Program-made: the position numbers and the translations under genes | NCBI GenBank assembly: GCA_002327685.1 | Contig: DCXN01000001.1 | Location: 12,170-67,049 of the forward strand | From: Patescibacteria group bacterium UBA2135 | GTDB taxonomy: Bacteria; Patescibacteriota; Minisyncoccia; Phycocordibacterales; UBA2135 | Direction: 5' to 3' | DNA: 54,880 nt | The notes under the pieces: generated by a model | What the model was told of the DNA's origin: nothing | Databases searched by the model: none | What the model saw: the letters and a program-made list of their open reading frames with translations, nothing else | Part shown: piece by piece, positions 43,609-51,426 of the stretch | Position numbering within the stretch: position 1 is the first letter of the stretch | Layout: every line of letters begins with the position of its first letter

Positions 43609-44738
43609 CTCGTGTATTGTTCACGAAGTTTTTCGCTACACTCTTGGACTTTTTGTTCAATGATTTTTCCTGCCATTTCATCAGCAATTCTGGTTGGAGA
43701 GATGTTTCTGTTATCGCTTTCTAAAAAAATATGGTGTAATCGTCCAGAAATTCTGCGTACGTGCATAAGAGCAGCTTGCTCGTTGTATCTTTCGCGATTG
43801 AGCTCGCTAGCTGCATTGATGAGACCTCCTGCGTTGATAATAAAGTCGGGGGCGTAAGTTATACCTCGTTCGTACAGAATGTCGCCGTGTTCCTGGGTTG
43901 CAAGCTGATTGTTGGCTGAACCAGCAACGATATCACAGTTTAATTCTGCTATAGTGTCATCGTTTATGACTGCGCCATTTGCGCACGGGCAATATGCAGA
44001 TACTTTTATTTTATGAATTTCTGCTGGATCTACTTCAAATGGATCTACTTCAAAGCAACCTGGGGTTTTTTTAACTTCTTCTATCGTGCGGGAGAGTGCC
44101 GTCTTGTCAATGTCGGCAAGAAGCAAATTTCCTCCTGCTTCTGCAATGAAAATTGCAAGCGAGTGCCCAACATTTCCCAAGCCGGATATTGCAAATCGCT
44201 TTCCTCTCATGTTCAAAGTGTCATACTTGTATTTCAAACAAGCTTGTAATCCTTCAAATACCCCTAGTGCTGTAACTGGTCCAGGGTTTCCACTTCCGCC
44301 TGCTTCCTTTGATTTTCCCGAGACCCAGCGTGTTCTTTGAAAAAGATAATTCATGTCTTTTTCTGTAATACCCATGTCCTCTGCGATTACATACAGACCC
44401 GACCAACTGTTTAAAACATCAGCAAGGTCGTCAAGCATGTCGGGTGTTTTGTCTTTTTTGGGGTCTCCTATAATAACCATTTTCGCGCCGCCGAAATCAG
44501 TTTCAGCTAAAGCCGCTTTTTTCGTCATGCTTCTTGAAAGTCGCAAGACATCGGTGAGTGCGTCGTCTGTGTTTTCGTATGGCTTCATGCGTGCTCCGCC
44601 AAGCGCTGACGGGCTTTTTAAAACTGGATGAAAAAACGTCTTGTGAATAGCGAGGATTCCATATAGGCCACTTCGCTGTAGTCTAAAGAAAATAATCTGC
44701 TCGTGGTCATTAAATTCAGGATGCCTGTAAATGTACAT
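43596..44738 (-). CDS. Leu/Phe/Val-type amino-acid dehydrogenase (Glu/Leu/Phe/Val DH family)
   Basis: LGGARM, DFGGAKMVIIGDP (catalytic Lys), Rossmann motif ISGLGNVG. Confidence 0.85.
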   Translation of the reverse strand: MYIYRHPEFNDHEQIIFFRLQRSGLYGILAIHKTFFHPVLKSPSALGGARMKPYENTDDALTDVLRLSRSMTKKAALAETDFGGAKMVIIGDPKKDKTPDMLDDLADVLNSWSGLYVIAEDMGITEKDMNYLFQRTRWVSGKSKEAGGSGNPGPVTALGVFEGLQACLKYKYDTLNMRGKRFAISGLGNVGHSLAIFIAEAGGNLLLADIDKTALSRTIEEVKKTPGCFEVDPFEVDPAEIHKIKVSAYCPCANGAVINDDTIAELNCDIVAGSANNQLATQEHGDILYERGITYAPDFIINAGGLINAASELNRERYNEQAALMHVRRISGRLHHIFLESDNRNISPTRIADEMAGKIIEQKVQECSEKLREQYTRSPI

Positions 44739-44909
44739 GAACTTTACTCCAATTGTTTTCTATTCAAAATTTATTCCTTTGGGTGGGATAAGTCAACCCC
44801 CAATGCCGTCTTATGGACGGCGACATTTGACCTTTGACATTTTCCGCCCGAGGCGGACCAGCCTTCGGCTGGAACATTTGACCAAGTTATCAATTGTCAA
44901 AAAATCACT

Positions 44910-45022
44910 ATTCTACTAAAATTGAGGTAGATTTTATCTAAATAACCCCTATCCTATCAAAACCTTGCAAGGTTTTGATGGAATAGAGGGTTTAAGAGCG
45001 GGTAAGAAAAAGGTAATTTTGG
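44910..45022 (+). repeat. ~103-nt repeated element, copy 2
   Basis: attctactaaaattgaggtag...ctatcctatcaaaaccttg|caaggttttgatggaatag (44949-44986)...gaaaaaggtaattttgg. Same orientation as copy 1. Confidence 0.9.
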
Positions 45023-45046
45023 GAATTAATTGAACAATCAATATAT

Positions 45047-45081
45047 ATACTTTATACTTTGTACTTTATACCTTATACTTA
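45047..45081 (+). repeat. 5 x 7-nt tandem repeat (ATACTTT) abutting the trxB start
   Basis: atacttt atacttt gtacttt atacctt atactta, ending 7 nt before the ATG at 45089. Confidence 0.85.
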
Positions 45082-45088
45082 ACATATT

Positions 45089-46039
45089 ATGTACGATCTT
45101 ATTATCATTGGTTCCGGAGTAGCCGGACTTGCCGCTGGGCTTTATGCCGGGCGGTACAAACTAAAGACGATTATTATTGAAGGTGAGTTTGGTGGCGAAA
45201 CCGCGAAAGCAGGAAAGATTTCAAATTATCCGGGCGTTAAACCAATAGATGGATACGAGCTTGTTAAGCTCATGCGCGAACAGGCGGAATCTGTGGGAAC
45301 AGAATTTAAATCTGGACATGTCAAAATGCTTCGGCGGGAAGGGCACTGTTTCTTCGCTGATGTAAACGATGAAACACTTCAATCAAAAACAGTTATATTT
45401 GCGGGAGGTGCAAAACACCGACGACTTGGACTTCCAAATGAAGATGCATTAACCGGTAAGGGCGTGCATTACTGCATGACATGTGATGGGCCAATTTATA
45501 CAGGTAAAACTATTGCAATGGTTGGTGGTGGCGATTCGTCAATTAAAGCGCTTACTTTTGGCGCGGAGTATTTTGAAAAAGCATATCTTATCACTAGAGA
45601 GAAAGAGATACATGCTGAGCCGGTTAATCAGGAGCGGATGAAACAGTTGGGAGACAAAGTTGAGATATTGACGGAAACACAAGTAAAAGAAATTGTCGGT
45701 GACGGAAAGTTGGAAAAAGTAATACTCACTAAGCCACATAATGGATCAGACGAGCTCGTCGTTGATGGATTGTTCGTTGAAATTGGTTTTGTTCCGAATG
45801 TTGAATTGGTTGATTCTCTCGGTGTGGAGCTTGATGAAAAAGGATACATTAAAACCGATAATATGATGAAGACAAATATTGATGGGTTTTTTGCCGCCGG
45901 TGATACGGTAAACCAATTTGGAAGATTCAAACAATGTATTACCGCAGCGGCCGGAGGAACTGTTGCCGCAACATCAGCGCGCGAAGACAGTAAAATACAT
46001 GGTAAATTATGTAAATATCATGCGCAGCCGACGAAATAA
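45089..46039 (+). CDS. trxB: thioredoxin-disulfide reductase
   Basis: GSGVAGLAAG FAD motif, redox-active CMTCDG, GGGDSS NADPH motif, GFFAAGD. Confidence 0.9.
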   Translation: MYDLIIIGSGVAGLAAGLYAGRYKLKTIIIEGEFGGETAKAGKISNYPGVKPIDGYELVKLMREQAESVGTEFKSGHVKMLRREGHCFFADVNDETLQSKTVIFAGGAKHRRLGLPNEDALTGKGVHYCMTCDGPIYTGKTIAMVGGGDSSIKALTFGAEYFEKAYLITREKEIHAEPVNQERMKQLGDKVEILTETQVKEIVGDGKLEKVILTKPHNGSDELVVDGLFVEIGFVPNVELVDSLGVELDEKGYIKTDNMMKTNIDGFFAAGDTVNQFGRFKQCITAAAGGTVAATSAREDSKIHGKLCKYHAQPTK

Positions 46040-46112
46040 GTATCTGGTATCTCGTATTATTTAAAACGGCGTCGTTCTTATACAAGATACTATATACTAA
46101 ATACTAGATACT
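46039..46112. repeat. inverted repeat of GTATC/GATAC-ATACT words downstream of trxB
   Basis: agtatctggtatctcgtat (46039-46057) versus atactaaatactagatact (46094-46112), 16/19 complementary. Confidence 0.65.
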
Positions 46113-46121
46113 AATCTTTGT

Positions 46122-47942
46122 ATGTACAAGCCAATTCGCGATTACGCAATAATAGGAAATTTACGCTCCGCGGCGCTTGTTTCTAAAGATGGCTCAATTG
46201 ATTGGGCACCTGCGCCGTTTATCAATTCTCCTGGCGTTTTTAACGCAATACTTGACGATAACATCGGCGGATTTTGGAGCATTCAACCGGAAGAGCCATT
46301 TACATCATCTCAGAAATATGACGGGGACACGAATGTGCTTATTACACGATTTAAGACGCAGAATGGAATAGTGGAAGTAACTGACTTTATCCCCATAGAG
46401 ACAGAGAAGACATTCGTACCGGCTGAAGAAGACACTACGTTTCGTATTCACAGAAAAGTGGCTGGCGTTGAAGGTTCATGTAAGATGCGTATTGTTTTTA
46501 TGCCGCGATTTGATTACGCACGCGGACAAACAAAACTTTCTTTAGTAGATGGCGGTATATATATTAAAAATGAGGAAAAACATGGTGTGCTCGCCTCATT
46601 GGTGCCATTTGAGATTAAGGACAATACTGCAATTGCGACGTTTGTATTAGGCGCTGGTGCACACAATTTTTTTATTTTTAGATACAATGTTGGCGAAGTT
46701 GTTTTCCATGAGGAAGGAAAACAGCATCACAATGAAGAATTAAAAGTAACAAAGCAATTTTGGGGCGACTGGGTGCATAATTGTGATATTAGAAAATGCT
46801 CTGTCGCGGGGAAATGGCATGTTCCTGTGGTGCGATCTTCTCTTTTGCTTAAAATTCTTTTTTTTGAGCCTGTTGGAACTATTGCGGCGGCTCCAACAAC
46901 TTCCTTGCCTGAAACAATGGGTGGGATGCGAAATTGGGATTATCGTTTTACATGGATTCGTGATTCAGCGTTCACTCTTTCAGCTTTGTTTCGCCTTGGT
47001 TATTTCAAAGAAGCAGAAGAATATATTCGGTGGGTAATTACAACTTGTGGCACTACAGCCGGCGAAGCAACCCCGGAAAAATTACAAGTTATGTATGGGT
47101 TGCAGGGTGAGAGTACTCTCACAGAGGAAACACTTGATCATCTAGAAGGGTATATGGAATCGCGACCTGTCAGAATTGGCAATAATGCGTATAAACAAAA
47201 ACAATGGGACATATATGGAAGCGTGCTTGATATGGTTTGGACAATTCACCTTTCACGTGAACAGCATGTGGTTAGCCAAGAGACATGGAATACACTGCGA
47301 ACTTTTGCAAACCATGTCGTGGATATATGGCGAGAACCCGATGAAGGCCTGTGGGAGGTTCGTGCGAAACCGCAACACTTTTTATATTCAAAGGTTATGT
47401 GTTGGGTTGCACTTGATCGAGCAATTAAAATCGCACGTGCCCACAATCTTGATGGTGATATTGAAAAGTGGGAACGCGAACGGGATGAAGTCTCTGAAGA
47501 GGTTTTAAAACGTGGCTGGAGTGAGAAAAAACAATCATTTACGCAGAGTTTTGATTCCGAGGATGTTGATGCGTCCGCGCTCACGTTCTCAAAACTTGGT
47601 TTTATAAAAGGGGATGATCCACGCATGATTTCTACTATAAAACGTATTGAGGAAGAATTATCAAGTGGCGATGGATTACTCCGCAGATACACGAGCAAAG
47701 ATGGTTTGCTTGGCACGGAAGGAGTGTTCTTGCTTGCCTCGTTTTGGTTAATTGATGCTTTGATTCTTACTGGAGAACGCGAGCGGGCAGAAAAAATATT
47801 TGAAAAAATCCTATCTTTACAAAATCACGTTGGTCTTTTCTCTGAAGAATTGAATCCGGATACAAAAGAATTTTTGGGGAATTTTCCTCAAGCATACACA
47901 CATATCGGTCTTATTAATAGCGCGTTTAATTTAATAAATTAA
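46122..47942 (+). CDS. glycoside hydrolase family 15 (glucoamylase/trehalase-like)
   Basis: YAIIGNLRSAALVSKDGSIDWAPAPFINSP N-terminal signature. (alpha/alpha)6 catalytic-domain motifs NWDYRFTWIRDSAF. Confidence 0.85.
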   Translation: MYKPIRDYAIIGNLRSAALVSKDGSIDWAPAPFINSPGVFNAILDDNIGGFWSIQPEEPFTSSQKYDGDTNVLITRFKTQNGIVEVTDFIPIETEKTFVPAEEDTTFRIHRKVAGVEGSCKMRIVFMPRFDYARGQTKLSLVDGGIYIKNEEKHGVLASLVPFEIKDNTAIATFVLGAGAHNFFIFRYNVGEVVFHEEGKQHHNEELKVTKQFWGDWVHNCDIRKCSVAGKWHVPVVRSSLLLKILFFEPVGTIAAAPTTSLPETMGGMRNWDYRFTWIRDSAFTLSALFRLGYFKEAEEYIRWVITTCGTTAGEATPEKLQVMYGLQGESTLTEETLDHLEGYMESRPVRIGNNAYKQKQWDIYGSVLDMVWTIHLSREQHVVSQETWNTLRTFANHVVDIWREPDEGLWEVRAKPQHFLYSKVMCWVALDRAIKIARAHNLDGDIEKWERERDEVSEEVLKRGWSEKKQSFTQSFDSEDVDASALTFSKLGFIKGDDPRMISTIKRIEEELSSGDGLLRRYTSKDGLLGTEGVFLLASFWLIDALILTGERERAEKIFEKILSLQNHVGLFSEELNPDTKEFLGNFPQAYTHIGLINSAFNLIN

Positions 47943-47972
47943 GGAGCAAAGCGACTATAATTTATTAACCCA

Positions 47973-48180
47973 GCACATAACTTTAACTTAAATTTTTCGG
48001 TCTTAAAGAAGCCAAGGTCCGGCCTTTTCCCAAAAACTGTGCGGCCAGGTCTGGCCTTGAGGAGGAGTGAAACGACGGGAGAAGACCAGACCTTGCGGTA
48101 CAGTTTTCCTCAGTTTTTTCCTCAAGGCCGGACCTAGCCTGCTATTTTTACCGAAAAATTTAAGTTAAAGTTATGTGCTC
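47973..48180. repeat. 208-nt rod-like palindromic element with perfect 30-bp termini
   Basis: agcacataactttaacttaaatttttcggt (47973-48002) is the exact reverse complement of 48151-48180. Inner helices: aggtccggcctt/aaggccggacct (12 bp), aaaactgt/acagtttt, aggtctgg/ccagacct. Confidence 0.95.
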
Positions 48181-48222
48181 GGTGATGATTTTTATACTCG
48201 CTACGCTCGTTAAAAATCTATC

Positions 48223-48435
48223 ATGATTGAAATTAGCAGTTCATTTATTAGTTTAACACTTGGCATGGTTGGCACGGTCTTTATAGCGTATGCCGCCTTG
48301 CGGGTGCATCATCGTGTGCTTGGTGAGCATAAAATTGACGAAAAAGTACTCAAAACTATGCGCATTGAGCAAATTGTCGGATGGGCTGGCGTGTCAATGG
48401 TTGTTGCGGGGTATGCAATAACAATTTTTAGTTAA
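48223..48435 (+). CDS. hypothetical small membrane protein (2 TM)
   Basis: 70 aa with two hydrophobic helices flanking a charged loop. Confidence 0.45.
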   Translation: MIEISSSFISLTLGMVGTVFIAYAALRVHHRVLGEHKIDEKVLKTMRIEQIVGWAGVSMVVAGYAITIFS

Positions 48436-48471
48436 AGCCTTGCATCTAATTTTTAATAAAAATCAGAAAAT

Positions 48472-48608
48472 TTCTAATTTCTAATTCACCTAATTTCTAA
48501 TAAAAGGTCAAAGGTCAAATGCTTAAATTCCAGAAAAATCGTTTTGACATTGGACATTATTGAATTAGACCTTTTATTAGGTGAATTAGAAATTAGGTGA
48601 ATTAGGAA
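48472..48608. repeat. inverted repeat built from CTAATTT/CTAATTCAC words
   Basis: ttctaatttctaattcacctaatttctaataaaaggtc versus gaccttttattaggtgaattagaaattaggtgaattaggaa. The loop carries GGTCAAA/TTTGACA words. Confidence 0.8.
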
Positions 48609-48617
48609 TTTATTTAT

Positions 48618-49460
48618 ATGTACATTTTATTTGACATTGGAGGAACAAAAATGCGTGTTGCAGCATCAACTGATGGTGAATCGATTCAAAATATAGAGAA
48701 ACGTGAAACTCCTGTTGATGATTTTGATGCAGGAATGAGGTTGTTTCAGGAAATGGTGGAAGACGTTGCTGGAGGTGAAAAAATTACGGCGATCGCTGGT
48801 GGTATTGCTGGCCCGCTTGATCAGGAAAAAACTAAAATGGTAAATTCTCCAAATATTGGAGGATGGATAGGAAAGCCGCTCAAGAAAAGTCTAGAAGACG
48901 CATTTAATGTACCAGTATTTTTGGAGAATGATTCCGCGCTTGTAGGTCTTGGTGAGGCGGTATACGGTGCCGGAAAGGGTGAAAGGATTGTTGCATATAT
49001 TACAGTGAGTACAGGTGTTGGCGGCGCTCGTATTGTTGATGGCAGAATTGATGAAAGCGCGTTTGGGTTTGAACCCGGACATCACATCATTGATATACAT
49101 GGAGGTCCGTGTGCGTCTTGTAAAAATCCTGGAGACCTTGAATCGTATGTATCCGGTTCTGCTATGGAAAAACAATTTGGCAAAAAACCGATTGAAATTA
49201 CTGACGAAAAGATTTGGGATGAATACGCGCGGGTGCTTGCCTATGGATTAAATAATATTGCGGTATTATGGTCGCCGCATGTTATTGTTCTTGGTGGGTC
49301 AATGATAGTGGGAGATCCCGCCATCCCTATTGAGAATATTCGTGAACATTTCTCTCGTTTAGTGCATATTTTTCCTCAACGGCCAGAACTTAAAAAGGCA
49401 GAGTTAAAAGATGAAGGAGGGCTTTATGGCGCGCTTGCGTACGCAAAACAGAATATGTAA
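48618..49460 (+). CDS. ROK-family sugar kinase (glucokinase-like)
   Basis: LFDIGGTKMRVA, ENDSALVGLGEAVYGAGKG, and a Cys cluster GPCASCKNPGDLE. Confidence 0.8.
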   Translation: MYILFDIGGTKMRVAASTDGESIQNIEKRETPVDDFDAGMRLFQEMVEDVAGGEKITAIAGGIAGPLDQEKTKMVNSPNIGGWIGKPLKKSLEDAFNVPVFLENDSALVGLGEAVYGAGKGERIVAYITVSTGVGGARIVDGRIDESAFGFEPGHHIIDIHGGPCASCKNPGDLESYVSGSAMEKQFGKKPIEITDEKIWDEYARVLAYGLNNIAVLWSPHVIVLGGSMIVGDPAIPIENIREHFSRLVHIFPQRPELKKAELKDEGGLYGALAYAKQNM

Positions 49461-49478
49461 TTAACCCGCAACTCTTAC

Positions 49479-49519
49479 AACATTCCAATCCCGCTAGAAG
49501 CGGGATTGGAATGTTTTTT
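49479..49519 (+). terminator. ACATTCC-family hairpin with U-tract (functional-looking terminator)
   Basis: aacattccaatcccgc-tagaa-gcgggattggaatgtt plus a T-run, 19 nt after the stop. Confidence 0.85.
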
Positions 49520-49525
49520 GGAACT

Positions 49526-49554
49526 TTGACAGTTTCGATTGTATGTAATATTGT
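49526..49554 (+). promoter_or_regulatory. candidate sigma70-type promoter
   Basis: TTGACA (49526-49531), 17-nt spacer, TATTGT (49549-49554). Confidence 0.35.
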
Positions 49555-49688
49555 GCACACAGATGATGCTTGGAAATTGTCAACGCCAGCAATGTGTTTG
49601 TTTCAATATGAAATGAGCAAATTGCTGCCGTTGACCGGCGGCCGGTGTGGGGATTGTCCTACTCCGTTCTTCATGGATGGAGAAGAAA

Positions 49689-50429
49689 ATGACCGTATCT
49701 CAAGGCGCTAAGGCAAGAAAAACAGAACAGGTGAAGGAGGCGTCTGTAACCGAGACAGAACTCGTCAACATTGATGTCGCCCAAAAAGCGATTTCAATGG
49801 CGCATGATGGCGCGTCACTTAAGCACCAAAACACTAGTCAAGAGAGTCCGGGACACTTCACATTAACGGGTGTTCTTAAGGGCGGAAATGCTGGTGGTCT
49901 TCGTGTGCAGGTAATTGTTTTGTGGCCCGAAGGGCAAGACGGACATGGCTCGGTAAAGGTTTCTTTTGGTGAAGAAAAAGAGCATAACCCAACGCTCTCC
50001 GATAGAAAATATGCCTGCTGGAAAAATAGAAAAGGCGAGATAGAGCTTGTGAAATGGCGCGAACCGCCGGAATGTTATAAGTTCCAACTGAAATACGGCG
50101 TCAAATGGCCGCGGAATAAACGTTCAGTATCTTTCATTCCTCTCATTGGTGTGTGGTTAATATTTTCGTTGTTTGTTTGGTTTGTGGCGGTTGAACTCGT
50201 GTCTCTTCTGATGGAATCTTTAGACTTTTCTAAAAAGGCAGTGAAAGAGGGCTCATTATTGGCAGGTGCATTTGGTATAACAGTTGGAAGTTTGCTGGCA
50301 AGCATGGCCAATCGTAATGACATAGAGGGTAGCAAAAAGCTTGCGTGGGAAGAATATTTGAAAGAGAATCGAAATTCCGACGAACAGTCGACAACGCTGG
50401 TAAAAAAAACGCTGGTAAAAAATAGCTGA
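49689..50429 (+). CDS. hypothetical protein with soluble N-domain and two C-terminal TM helices
   Basis: The ATG at 49689 lies 8 nt after ggag. TM segments IPLIGVWLIFSLFVWFVAVELVSLL and LLAGAFGITVGSLLA. Confidence 0.55.
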   Translation: MTVSQGAKARKTEQVKEASVTETELVNIDVAQKAISMAHDGASLKHQNTSQESPGHFTLTGVLKGGNAGGLRVQVIVLWPEGQDGHGSVKVSFGEEKEHNPTLSDRKYACWKNRKGEIELVKWREPPECYKFQLKYGVKWPRNKRSVSFIPLIGVWLIFSLFVWFVAVELVSLLMESLDFSKKAVKEGSLLAGAFGITVGSLLASMANRNDIEGSKKLAWEEYLKENRNSDEQSTTLVKKTLVKNS

Positions 50430-50446
50430 AACACGTCAAAAGTTTG

Positions 50447-50476
50447 CCCGCGGACGCATGCGCCCGCGGGTTTTTT
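50447..50476 (+). terminator. intrinsic terminator
   Basis: cccgcgg-acgcatgcgc-ccgcggg plus T6. Confidence 0.8.
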
Positions 50477-50533
50477 CTATGGTTGTTATCACTTGCATTT
50501 AGGCGCATTTTGTTGTATCTTTAAATAAGAACG

Positions 50534-50869
50534 ATGGTTTTGAGGATATTGGATTGGACGATGGATTTTCATATTAAATTACAGCCTGCCGGATTTTTCC
50601 ATGTAATTGTTACTCTGCTTTGTTGCTATGAGGAACAGCAGATGAAGTTGGAAGACGATGAGTTTGAGTTTAGAAGAGAGGTGACAGGTAACATCTTGCT
50701 TATTGGGGGTTCAATCAAACTCCTTATCGGGGATTTGTATGAAAATGAAGCATTTATGAATTCACTGGTTGAATATTGTGAGGTCAATAAACTTAGCATT
50801 AAACCTGCAGCACTTATCTCAGATATCATTAGCGGACGACTCCAAGAAGAACATCCGGAAATAAATTAG
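50534..50869 (+). CDS. hypothetical protein
   Basis: 111 aa ORF (alternative start Met10 at 50561), acidic, no motif I recognise. Confidence 0.4.
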   Translation: MVLRILDWTMDFHIKLQPAGFFHVIVTLLCCYEEQQMKLEDDEFEFRREVTGNILLIGGSIKLLIGDLYENEAFMNSLVEYCEVNKLSIKPAALISDIISGRLQEEHPEIN

Positions 50870-50944
50870 CGCGTACAAAATTAATTGCGCGCGCTTTTTT
50901 TATGAATAGAGTATATTTGAAACGTGTGTTGTAAATATTGTAGG

Positions 50945-50973
50945 CAAAAAAGACCGCCCCAGAAGGGACGGTC
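50945..50973 (-). terminator. intrinsic terminator for ORF 50998-51213
   Basis: gaccgcccc-agaa-gggacggtc. The single mismatch becomes a G-U pair only on the - strand, and the A-run gives a - strand U-tract. Confidence 0.75.
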
Positions 50974-50997
50974 GTGCAAATGATTGATTGTCAGTAA

Positions 50998-51213
50998 TTA
51001 TTCATCCGGCCAATCGTCGATTGCTTTTTTGGTTTGTTCATGCGGAAGGCCTCTTCTTTGTCGGTTTTGCAGACGATCTTCGCATAAAACTTTGGATAGA
51101 AAAAAGAATCCTTCGTTTTTGTTAACGTCTTTGAAGCTGAACTTGGCGGTTGTGCTACCAAAGCGTTGTATATAATCAAGGAATGTAACGTCTTCTTCTG
51201 TTTGTGTGCCCAT
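50998..51213 (-). CDS. hypothetical 71-aa protein
   Basis: The ORF is followed by a strand-matched terminator; no motif I recognise. Confidence 0.5.
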   Translation of the reverse strand: MGTQTEEDVTFLDYIQRFGSTTAKFSFKDVNKNEGFFFLSKVLCEDRLQNRQRRGLPHEQTKKAIDDWPDE

Positions 51214-51360
51214 AAGGAACCTCTTTTTTGAGTAGGGGCGGGACTGAATCTCTTTTCATATTATACACAAACTATTACGTTTGTCAACAGCAATAAAATA
51301 TCTTTAAAAACAAGGATGAATTGCTAATTTTGTCAAAGTTATCAATTTTAGGCGTTCATT

Positions 51361-51401
51361 AAACAAGCGGCTTCCCGCTTTCAGCGGGAAGCCGCTTGTT
51401 T
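51361..51401. repeat. perfect 18-bp hairpin immediately upstream of ddl
   Basis: aaacaagcggcttcccgc-tttca-gcgggaagccgcttgttt. Shares the CCCGC-loop-GCGGG core with the hairpins at 24978 and 49490. Confidence 0.85.
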
Positions 51402-51426
51402 TGTGTGCTGTGATATACTTATATAC

